Shown here piece by piece: positions 50,297 through 58,995 of a stretch of 64,000 nucleotides of DNA. How positions within the stretch are numbered: the first letter of the stretch is position 1; each line of letters starts with the position of its first letter. Source of the DNA: Bacteroides sp. (lineage in GTDB: Bacteria; Bacteroidota; Bacteroidia; Bacteroidales; Bacteroidaceae); NCBI GenBank assembly GCA_052357945.1, contig DAWCXD010000012.1, forward strand, positions 1,405 to 65,404. The letters run 5' to 3'. Both the position numbers and the translations under genes were made by a program. Under the pieces are notes generated by a model. That model saw nothing but the letters and a program-made list of their open reading frames with translations. It was not told the DNA's origin and made no database searches.

Positions 50297-51943
50297 ATGA
50301 AAAAGATTTTTTTAAGCTTGATGATATTTCTATGTTTGGGGCTGTTTGCTTCATGCAGTGAAGAAGAAAAGACCACTGTAAAATCGGAACAGGCATATAT
50401 TACGGCTATCTTTCCTAAGAAGCTGGCAGTTTCGCAAGAGGGAGATGTCGCTTCTCATAAGTTACGTTGTATAGTAGAGATATGGAGTAAAGGTGCGGAT
50501 GCGAAATTAATAAATCACGAAGAAGTAGTAATAGCACCTGCTGCCCAAGCAGAGGGCCTGTCGTTTGAGTTCACTCTTTCCGAAGGTAACTACGACTGTT
50601 TGATGTGGGCCGACTACATTGATGAAAACGCGTCATCGGGACCAAAAGATGCCACTGCTTTCACTCATTATCCGGATAAATATTACAATACTTCCGACCT
50701 GAAAAAGATTACAGTGAAAGATGTCAGTAAACTTATTAACAATGAGGCTTGTGACGCTTTCTTTTATTGTGGGGAGATTCAAAAAGGCGGAGAAGCGCTT
50801 CAGCAGGAGATACAGTTGATACGTCCATTCACTAAGATCAGTGTTATAGAGAAGAATTTGCGTGAATTTAATTTGTTGAAAGGGCTGGATGTTTCTTTTG
50901 ATACTTATACCGGTTTTGATGTCAGCACTGGGAAAGTGTTGGAAGAACTGGCCAAACTGACTTTCAGGGAAGAAAATTTTAACCCGGAAACTGCTTTGAA
51001 CGGAACGGTGTTTACCAGCTATGTTTTCTCTAACGCCGAGAGCCGTAATTTGGGGAAAATAGAGATGAGCTTTACGACAGAGTTAGGTGTTCAGAATGTG
51101 GTAGTTCCGGAGATAATACCATTGTTGCGTGGACAACATATTAAGGTGAGCGGTAATATGATGGCAGAATCTCCTGATCCGGATATTGAATATGAAATTA
51201 GCTTTGACATAGATGTGGAAGATTGGAAAGATAGCGATCAGACAATATCGACAACGAAAGTGAAGGCAAAAGTCGGTGATTTCTTCTATAGTGACGGAAC
51301 CTGGTCGTCTACCATAAAAGCACCGGAAGCTACATCTGCAACTATTGTGGGAATTGTCTTTAAAGTCGGTGCGGATGCTACCGATACGGAAAGTAACTAT
51401 GATAACTTGCCTGCCATTAACGGGTATGTGGTAAATATCAATGATATAACTTCTTATCTGGGAACGAGCGCGACAGGGCTTGCCTGGTGTAAGACAAGGA
51501 CAAACGCTGATCTCAGTGAGAATGTCAGTGCGGATACAAAAGATTATCTCGGATATAAGAATACAAAATGGCTTTTGGATAATCTGGGTGCGGCAGTAAC
51601 GGGTGTTGATAATGAAGTGTATCCGTTGTTTGATATAATGATTAAAAATGAACTGCCCGCAGTGTCCGGCACTAACAGTGGATGGTATCTGCCTTCAGCC
51701 GGACAGATGGAAACTCTTTATCAGATGAAATCAAACTTGGATACTAAGTTTACAGAAGCCGGTGGTGTAGTATTCTCGCCTACCTCTTACTGGACTACAA
51801 CTTATGATAGCAAGAATAAACAGCCTTTTGCTTTTGGCTTTGGAGACAGGGGAGACGGAAAACCTTATGTGGAAGTAGGTATGGCAAAGAGTATACCTTC
51901 TGATAGGGCTTTCTGTAACGCTCGTCTTCTTTTGACATTCTAA
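50297..51943 (+). CDS. PUL lipoprotein 2, paralog of lipoprotein 1
   Basis: Lipobox FASC-SEEE; HKLRCIVEIW, YDCLMWAD, CDAFF, RPFTKI; VGDFFYSDGTWS, GWYLPSAGQM, YWTTT. Confidence 0.65.
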   Translation: MKKIFLSLMIFLCLGLFASCSEEEKTTVKSEQAYITAIFPKKLAVSQEGDVASHKLRCIVEIWSKGADAKLINHEEVVIAPAAQAEGLSFEFTLSEGNYDCLMWADYIDENASSGPKDATAFTHYPDKYYNTSDLKKITVKDVSKLINNEACDAFFYCGEIQKGGEALQQEIQLIRPFTKISVIEKNLREFNLLKGLDVSFDTYTGFDVSTGKVLEELAKLTFREENFNPETALNGTVFTSYVFSNAESRNLGKIEMSFTTELGVQNVVVPEIIPLLRGQHIKVSGNMMAESPDPDIEYEISFDIDVEDWKDSDQTISTTKVKAKVGDFFYSDGTWSSTIKAPEATSATIVGIVFKVGADATDTESNYDNLPAINGYVVNINDITSYLGTSATGLAWCKTRTNADLSENVSADTKDYLGYKNTKWLLDNLGAAVTGVDNEVYPLFDIMIKNELPAVSGTNSGWYLPSAGQMETLYQMKSNLDTKFTEAGGVVFSPTSYWTTTYDSKNKQPFAFGFGDRGDGKPYVEVGMAKSIPSDRAFCNARLLLTF

Positions 51944-51992
51944 AGAACAAATGATAAAAGTGAGATAATATCTCTTATTATTTAAGGAGATA

Positions 51993-52049
51993 AAGAAAAA
52001 TCCAACAATTGCCTGTATTGAATACAGGGAGTTGTTGGATTTTCTTTTT
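51993..52049. terminator. Bidirectional terminator between the main PUL operon and lyase D
   Basis: aaaatccaacaatt-gcctgtatt/aatacaggg-agttgttggatttt long stem with A and T flanks. Confidence 0.8.
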
Positions 52050-52070
52050 ATGAACAAATTGTTATTATTC

Positions 52071-54542
52071 TCAGTCGTCCATTTCTACCGTTTGCCATTC
52101 AGTATCAATTTTATCATATAATACAGAAGCCTGGCTATGAGCAGATTTGTAGCTTTTTCCTTCTATTTCTATATTCTTTCTGCCATAACCGAATGTGGCT
52201 TTATTTTTAGTATTGTGAATGTATAAGTTGGCCGGTTGCTGTATATTCAATTCTGCTTCAATATTCCAATCCCCGATTTTGAACTTATTGCCTGCCTGAT
52301 TAATATCTACGATGTGAAAATCGTCAGCTTCCACTTGGATAATAGTCAAAATACGATTGGCTTTGCTAGGTCCGAAACTGGCAGTCAATGACCATGGGGC
52401 GGAAAAGTCTTCTCCACGTTCAGCCGGGTATGTATTGGGTGGACTGACATACTGGTCGGTTTGCGTAATATTACATTTCTGCTCACAAAATAATTGAGCT
52501 ACCGATTTGAAGTTATCTTTTTTATTTTCTGTGGTTAACTGTAACGTTTCAGGAATAATATCAAACTTTACCGGGCTATGCAATAACCAATCCCAACGAA
52601 CTTTTTCTTTGGCTTCCAGTTCATCGTAGATAATGACTATATTAGGATGCAATAAGAAAATATGCCGTTTATATTTCTTTAGAGGTGTTTTTCCAAAACC
52701 GTTTTCTTCGGATTGCTCTAACTTATGATTTTTGAAATTACGTTGCCACATAGGGTATTCACTGATACCGCAGTAAGCATTGGAAGCGTCTCCCAAAGCA
52801 TACGATATATGTTCTCCGTTAAACATTCGGGTAATATTTCCATAAGCACGAGTGGTAAATGGTTGTCCTATGCCGTTTATCAGCAAAGTATTGTGGGCGC
52901 GTGTGTGGCGGTAAGACAGCAAGTTGTGAGGATCTGAAAAGCTCATATAGTGTCCGACTGCATTGTAAACAGCTTTTCCGCCATATCGCAGGTTGAAAGC
53001 ATTCTGGTTGGAGTGCGTATGGCTGCCTGAACCGAACGGGCTGGAACGGAAGCTTAAACTAAGATTCTTTTTATAATCTTTTAAATTGCTGTTGGCTATC
53101 ATTTCACCGCAATCTTTAAACCATACGGCTTTCGGGGCATCGGTTGGCAAATCTGCCTTTGCCGGGCGTTTTTTACCACTTGCCATGCGGAACAGGCGTG
53201 TTTCAGATTCTGTGGTATATCGATTGTTGATAGAAGAATACCAAGTGGCGTAAGGGTCCCCATTCATACGTGCCAGAAAATCAGCAAAAGCGCTGCGGAT
53301 ACGTAAAGGCTTAGAATTCATCTGTTCATGCCCGTCACCAAAACCTGCACTGATAGATTCGGGTTGCCAGCTATAGGTCATGCCGATACCTGCATTTTTA
53401 TACCACGGATGTTGCATGAAGTCTGTCCCGGTCAAATAGCTAAGCAATGTTACCATATATTGCAAGGTAACAGCGTTGGCGCTGAAGTAACATGTACCGT
53501 TATGCCAGGCACCGTCTCTGTTGAATCCTGATGCCGGTGCACGTGTAGTCCACAACTCATAACTATACTCCAGGTATTCTTCGATAAAGGGATATTTGCC
53601 ATAAAGTACCAAAGCCGATTTCAGAAGATTTCTAAAAGTAAATTGCCAGAAATGATTGTCGAATATATGATTCTCTTCATTTCCGACCATACGTGTGCGG
53701 TAATAATAGGACAAAACATCTACTATTATTTTTTCTATCTGCTTATGTTCTTGCTCGGTGAATAGAGTGAAATGGTTCTCATACGTACACGCCAGGAGAT
53801 ATACCAGTTCTCCGGCTGTAAAATCATTTGCTATAATATTCTCTTTTAATTCTTTTTTCAGCAGGCACCGTACATTTTTTACCATTTTGTCGGCATAAAT
53901 TTTATATCCCAGCATTTGATAAGCAGTATTCAGGTTATCACAATAAACAGCCATTTGAGAGACATGCTTATACGGGTTGGTATCTGTGCTGTAATCGGCA
54001 CTAAGTGCTGTACGCGCATCACTTATCATATTCTCAAATTCGGGATGCGAACGCGCCTCTTTGCGTGCCTGCTCCATATTGTCATTGAGAAAACAATAAA
54101 TGCGCGGTAAGTCTTTGGGAATGTTATTCAGAAAAACCTCTACTGGAGGAGTGGCGAATTTAGGAATATCATCTGTCATCTCGAAACTGAATGTTTCACT
54201 CCATGGCATTGCTTCACCCGATTTGCTGACGGAGCGAAAGCGCCAATACCAGGTTCCGCTATTCAACACTTTATGAGGATTGAACATGCACCATGCTACC
54301 GGTTTAGACAGTATGCTGCTTTCATCCTCAAACTTCTTATCCTGGGATAAGTTAAACTGTAAAAAATCCGATTGCTTCATGTTCAGAGGAACCAATAATG
54401 GAGCAGGATTTAAATATAAAATTTGTTCTTTTTGCGGATAAGGCGTTTGTCGAATGTTTTCAAGAATACAATTCGTCTTATCGGCATGTAGCTGTACACT
54501 TGTCATGCACAGCATTGTAAATGCTACAATGGATAATTTCAT
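52071..54542 (-). CDS. DUF4962/heparinase II-III-like polysaccharide lyase (PL15-like), paralog D
   Basis: SPI signal; DNHFWQ, WHNGTCYF, SSPFGSGSHTHSNQNAF, RAHNTLLING; start MKLSIVAF. Confidence 0.8.
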   Translation of the reverse strand: MKLSIVAFTMLCMTSVQLHADKTNCILENIRQTPYPQKEQILYLNPAPLLVPLNMKQSDFLQFNLSQDKKFEDESSILSKPVAWCMFNPHKVLNSGTWYWRFRSVSKSGEAMPWSETFSFEMTDDIPKFATPPVEVFLNNIPKDLPRIYCFLNDNMEQARKEARSHPEFENMISDARTALSADYSTDTNPYKHVSQMAVYCDNLNTAYQMLGYKIYADKMVKNVRCLLKKELKENIIANDFTAGELVYLLACTYENHFTLFTEQEHKQIEKIIVDVLSYYYRTRMVGNEENHIFDNHFWQFTFRNLLKSALVLYGKYPFIEEYLEYSYELWTTRAPASGFNRDGAWHNGTCYFSANAVTLQYMVTLLSYLTGTDFMQHPWYKNAGIGMTYSWQPESISAGFGDGHEQMNSKPLRIRSAFADFLARMNGDPYATWYSSINNRYTTESETRLFRMASGKKRPAKADLPTDAPKAVWFKDCGEMIANSNLKDYKKNLSLSFRSSPFGSGSHTHSNQNAFNLRYGGKAVYNAVGHYMSFSDPHNLLSYRHTRAHNTLLINGIGQPFTTRAYGNITRMFNGEHISYALGDASNAYCGISEYPMWQRNFKNHKLEQSEENGFGKTPLKKYKRHIFLLHPNIVIIYDELEAKEKVRWDWLLHSPVKFDIIPETLQLTTENKKDNFKSVAQLFCEQKCNITQTDQYVSPPNTYPAERGEDFSAPWSLTASFGPSKANRILTIIQVEADDFHIVDINQAGNKFKIGDWNIEAELNIQQPANLYIHNTKNKATFGYGRKNIEIEGKSYKSAHSQASVLYDKIDTEWQTVEMDD

Positions 54543-54572
54543 GATATAAAAACGTTTTAGAATGGTTGTATG

Positions 54573-54580
54573 CAAATGTA
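54573..54580 (-). promoter_or_regulatory. Sigma-A -7 element for lyase D
   Basis: TACATTTG on the minus strand. Confidence 0.55.
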
Positions 54581-54648
54581 TGAGGATTACCGTTTGCAAT
54601 CAATTTGAGATTTCTAAAAATGTTTGGATATCATGCATGTATAGTTTG

Positions 54649-54679
54649 ATTTCGTCTATTTTATTATCAATTTTGTCTT
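54649..54679 (-). promoter_or_regulatory. Candidate HTCS operator upstream of lyase D
   Basis: Minus strand AAGACAAAAT-N11-TAGACGAAAT direct repeat (21-bp period). Confidence 0.55.
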
Positions 54680-54685
54680 AACCGT

Positions 54686-57600
54686 TCATGACTTGTTTTC
54701 TTCCTGATGTTGCTTGATATATTCGCTGGGAAGCATGCCCATATTTTTCTTGAAACTGTTGGTGAAATAAGATGGGGAGCTAAAACCTATCTTATTACTG
54801 ATTTCGGCAATTGTATAGCGGCCTTCGAGCAGCATTTGGCATCCTTTATTGAAACGGATGCGGCGGATGAAGTTTGCTGGGGCCTCGCCGGATATGGCAT
54901 TCATCTTAATATATAGATTGGAACGGCTCATGAATAATTTGCTTGCCAAATCTTCCGTTGAGAATTTCTCGTCACTGATATTTTCTTCAATGATTTGTAT
55001 CACCTTGCTCAAAAACTCACTATCCAAAGTATTGGAAGTCATTTTAGCCGTATCTATATTGATTGTGCTTGAATAATATTGCCGGAAGCGTTCTTTGGCT
55101 TTCAGTATATTATTGATTTTACCTTTGAGTAAGGAGATAGAGAAAGGTTTTCCGATATAATCATCTGCGCCGACATCAATACCGGAGGTCTGGTCTTCGA
55201 GAGAACTCTTGGCAGACAGGAGAATCACCGGAATGTGAGATGTCTGTATGTTACGCTTGACCAGTTTGCATAATTGCAGGCCATCCATTTCGGGCATCAT
55301 CACATCAGAAAGTACAATATCAATTGGTTGCGTTTTCATGATGTCTAGTGCGACTTTACCGTTTGTCGCTGTCACTATTTGGTATTTGGACTGCAAGGAT
55401 CCTTTCAGGTAATCAAGCATTTCGGCATTATCGTCTACTAGTAGCATAATAGATTTGTTTATGCCCTCTTCCGTGGTATTCTCCGGACTATCCTCTGCCG
55501 GAATATAGGATATGGATTCGTCAATATAAAACGTAGAATCGGAACTTTTGACCGGTTGTTTTGCCAATTCTTCCGCAGTATATGTATTCATATCTTTGGG
55601 AAGTGTGATATTGAATAGAGTGTATTGTTGCTCTTTGCTATCCACAGAAATGCTGCCATGATGTTTGTCGACCAGGCATTTTACCAAAGAAAGACCGATA
55701 CCGGTTCCCTTGTCATTCTCGTTCACTTGATAAAAACGCTCGAAAACGTTGTTCAGTTTTTCCTGGGGAATCCCTTTCCCATTGTCTCTTACGCTAAATC
55801 CGAAGGTATCTTCTTTTTCCCAAAGTTCCAGTTCTATTCTTCCTTTGTCTGGTGTAAACTTGAAAGCGTTGGATAAGAGATTGATTAAAATCGTTTCAAT
55901 GTACTTTTTGTCAACCGGGAGCTGGGAAGTGGTTATACTGGAATGAAACAGATAATCTATGTTCCGGGATTCAGCCTGGTTATAGAACAGCATGAATATC
56001 TGCCGGAACCATTCTTCGATATTGCAGACTTCTACCTGAATGGGCAAAGCACCGGATTCCGCTTTTCTGAAGTTTAGGAGCTGGTCAATGATATGCAGTA
56101 ATCTGCGGCTATTCTGATAAACATATTGTAAGTCGCGTTGCAGCTTTTTATCCAACATTCTGCTTAATTTCATCATATCTTCCAATGGGGCGATAATCAG
56201 GCTTAGCGGAGTGCGCAACTCATGTGACATATTCATGTAGAAACGGACCTTTTCAGTGTTGAGCTCCTGTATCTTGTTGTGTTCCAGTGTCTCGACCTGC
56301 AACTGCATTCTCATTTTCGTTCTTGCGATGAAGAAATACATAATCCAGCCGATAATACCTAGACCGCACAAAATAAAGATAAACTTGGCTATCCATGTCT
56401 GATACCACATTGGAGTGATATGTATGAAGAATTTGGTTGGAGTTTCACACCATTTACCATCATTATTACATGCTTTTAGCAGAAAAGTGTAATGTCCGGG
56501 AGGGAGATTGGAATAGCTGACATTGCGCTCTTCGGTAGAATTCCACTCTTTATCGAAACCTTGCAGTTGATAAGCGAATGTATTGCGTTGGTTACTAAGG
56601 TAGTTTGAAACGGTAAACCGAATATTGAATTGTCGTTGGCTGAACGGGAAATCTATGCCTTTCAATTGTCCATATTCATCTCTGTGCATGCAGAAGGTTT
56701 CGTCTTGACTATGGGTGACTACTTGATTCATCAGAGATATTCCTGTAATATCAGGTTGAGGCATGAATGGGTTCTCCATAAACTTGAACGGACTAAAATA
56801 AGTGATGCCATTCAGGCTTCCGAAGTAAAAAGTGCCGTCGGAACCTTTACAGTAACCATATACGTTGAACTCGTTATGGCTCAATCCGTCTTCCTGCCGA
56901 TAATTATAGAATTGTTCTCTGTCAATGTCGAAACAGGACAGCCCTTTATTGGTGCTTAGCCATAAGCGTCTTGAATTGTCTTCCAGAAGACCGTATATAC
57001 AATTGTTGATGAGGCCGTTTTTAACCGTATAATGTTTGTGCAGTGTTATATCCGGTCCGTATTGGTATAGGCCATTGGCAGAAGTGACCCATATATTTTT
57101 TTGAGTATCTTCGTGAATGCAATAAGCTATGATATGAGTCGAAAAGTCGGAAGACAAATTATCTGTCAGATGTTGTACTTTGGAAGTGCCGGTGTATAAG
57201 AACAGCCCTTTTTCGGTGGCAATCCAGACTTTGCCGGAGGAATCACGGTATAAAGCTCTTATTAATATTCCGGATAATTCCGGGTTACTTTCAGCCAATG
57301 GATGTTTTCTGAACTCTTTGGTTGTTTTGTTGAAGAGCAGCAGACCGACCATTGAGCCTACATAAAAGTTTTCACCGTCATCCAGTAGAGAGTAGCAACT
57401 GTTGTCTTCAGCTTCCATTTGCGGAATTGAGAAATTCTCTATTTTTCCTGTTTTTGTGTGGATATAGCTTAGTCCGCCGGAGTGTGTACCTACGTAGATA
57501 TTGCCGGATTTATCAAGTGAAATGGCTTTGATATTGTTGGAACGTAACCCATTCCCTTGTTTCGTGGCTCTGTAATAAGAAAAAGTCTGTTTTTGATGGT

Positions 57601-58717
57601 CGTAGTAGTTTACACCACCATCATTTGTTCCGATCCATAGATTCTTGGTGGATGGTTCTTCCACGATACAGCTGACGACTTTGTCATTCAGGGAGTTGAA
57701 ATAAGGAGAATATTCCAACGTTTTAAATGTCGGGGCAAACGGGTGGTAATAATTGATTCCGTCATAATAGGTTCCTACCCATATTCCTCCCTGATTGTCT
57801 ATAAAGAGAGAGCGGATAGAACTATGAGACAAACGTTTTTCAAATATTTCGTGCTCCGGATCAAAGCAGAACAATGCTTCGGTGGTACCAATCCATATCT
57901 GTCCGTCTGTATATTGTTTCAGTACCCGCACTGTATTGGCGGGAGAGAACGTATTACTTTTATCTATCTGATATTTTTTCAGTATCTGCCATTTATTGTT
58001 GAAACGATAGATTCCCTTCTTCTGGGTTCCCACCCAGTAGTCTTTGGTATTGGTATTGTAGATGATGCTGGCAATTGGCGTTTCAAGTAGTTCGGGGAGT
58101 ATTTTTTCTGTTTTCTTCGTATGGATTGAGTATAGATATGCACCTTGGGAAGTTCCCAATAATAGTTTATCCTTTATTCTGCAAATAGTGTTGATGGTGA
58201 GATGCTTAAGTGTTGGGGTGATATGCAATTCCTTACTTTCTTTCTGAAAGGAGATAAGTCCGATGTTTGTTGCGAGAAATAGGATACCTTTATCGGAGGC
58301 ATCCTCTATTGCCAATACCTGAAAAGGAGTATCAGGCAAGAGATAATTGGTGAAATTGTCCGTTTCCGGGTTGTAACGTGATAAACCGACCAGCGTACCG
58401 AACCACGATACGCCATCCGAATCGGTGCAAAGTGATATAATCTGGTTATTTGCAATAGAAAGACTGTCGTTGGAAGCGTGATAGTAGGTGGTGAACGTAT
58501 AGCCGTCATAACGGTTCAGACCATCTGTCGTACCAATCCATACTTTGTTATTTGCGTCCTGCATCATTCCCCATACGGTGTTTTGAGACAATCCTTCATT
58601 TACGGAAAGTTTCCTGAAATTTATGTAATCAGTGGATGCAGCCCTGGTATTAAAACTAAAGAATAATATGAATGATAAGCAAATAATTTTGTGACCAGTA
58701 AATAATAGTGTTTTCAT
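54686..58717 (-). CDS. Hybrid two-component system sensor/regulator (HTCS)
   Basis: Beta-propeller repeats (GLSQNTV, IWIGT), YSNLPPGHYTF Y_Y_Y, TM, NMSHELRTPL, DIVLSDVMMPEMDG receiver, AraC HTH (GFSSPSYF). Confidence 0.96.
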   Translation of the reverse strand: MKTLLFTGHKIICLSFILFFSFNTRAASTDYINFRKLSVNEGLSQNTVWGMMQDANNKVWIGTTDGLNRYDGYTFTTYYHASNDSLSIANNQIISLCTDSDGVSWFGTLVGLSRYNPETDNFTNYLLPDTPFQVLAIEDASDKGILFLATNIGLISFQKESKELHITPTLKHLTINTICRIKDKLLLGTSQGAYLYSIHTKKTEKILPELLETPIASIIYNTNTKDYWVGTQKKGIYRFNNKWQILKKYQIDKSNTFSPANTVRVLKQYTDGQIWIGTTEALFCFDPEHEIFEKRLSHSSIRSLFIDNQGGIWVGTYYDGINYYHPFAPTFKTLEYSPYFNSLNDKVVSCIVEEPSTKNLWIGTNDGGVNYYDHQKQTFSYYRATKQGNGLRSNNIKAISLDKSGNIYVGTHSGGLSYIHTKTGKIENFSIPQMEAEDNSCYSLLDDGENFYVGSMVGLLLFNKTTKEFRKHPLAESNPELSGILIRALYRDSSGKVWIATEKGLFLYTGTSKVQHLTDNLSSDFSTHIIAYCIHEDTQKNIWVTSANGLYQYGPDITLHKHYTVKNGLINNCIYGLLEDNSRRLWLSTNKGLSCFDIDREQFYNYRQEDGLSHNEFNVYGYCKGSDGTFYFGSLNGITYFSPFKFMENPFMPQPDITGISLMNQVVTHSQDETFCMHRDEYGQLKGIDFPFSQRQFNIRFTVSNYLSNQRNTFAYQLQGFDKEWNSTEERNVSYSNLPPGHYTFLLKACNNDGKWCETPTKFFIHITPMWYQTWIAKFIFILCGLGIIGWIMYFFIARTKMRMQLQVETLEHNKIQELNTEKVRFYMNMSHELRTPLSLIIAPLEDMMKLSRMLDKKLQRDLQYVYQNSRRLLHIIDQLLNFRKAESGALPIQVEVCNIEEWFRQIFMLFYNQAESRNIDYLFHSSITTSQLPVDKKYIETILINLLSNAFKFTPDKGRIELELWEKEDTFGFSVRDNGKGIPQEKLNNVFERFYQVNENDKGTGIGLSLVKCLVDKHHGSISVDSKEQQYTLFNITLPKDMNTYTAEELAKQPVKSSDSTFYIDESISYIPAEDSPENTTEEGINKSIMLLVDDNAEMLDYLKGSLQSKYQIVTATNGKVALDIMKTQPIDIVLSDVMMPEMDGLQLCKLVKRNIQTSHIPVILLSAKSSLEDQTSGIDVGADDYIGKPFSISLLKGKINNILKAKERFRQYYSSTINIDTAKMTSNTLDSEFLSKVIQIIEENISDEKFSTEDLASKLFMSRSNLYIKMNAISGEAPANFIRRIRFNKGCQMLLEGRYTIAEISNKIGFSSPSYFTNSFKKNMGMLPSEYIKQHQEENKS

Positions 58718-58925
58718 TTTATATCCATTTGAGGTTATTAAAAATGATAGATTAAAGACAGTTTTCTGAAATGATTCTTATCATGAGCAAATTTAATAAG
58801 AATTTATCAAAAAACTTTCTTGTTATTACCCATATCTATTTTGATTTTCTCTATTTTTATGTTGTTTGTGTCTAATATCCTTGTATAGATGCTCTATATC
58901 AGGTGTCAGAAGGGTGGCTTTGAGA

Positions 58926-58978
58926 ATAAAAAAGGAGAATCGGCTATAAATATATGTCAGCCGATTCTCCTTTTTTAT
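58926..58978. terminator. Terminator of the Na/Pi cotransporter gene (symmetric)
   Basis: ataaaaaaggagaatcggct / agccgattctccttttttat perfect 20-bp inverted repeat. Confidence 0.85.
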
Positions 58979-58995
58979 GACTCGATTAAGCGCTC

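Noticed and set aside
48606..51943. Diversity-generating retroelement
   Set aside because: Target-like C-terminal domains are present, but I saw no reverse transcriptase or adenine-variant template repeat in the window.
28960..58925. PUL as a mobile element
   Set aside because: No integrase, transposase, tRNA target or flanking direct repeats seen; accessory status needs genome comparison.
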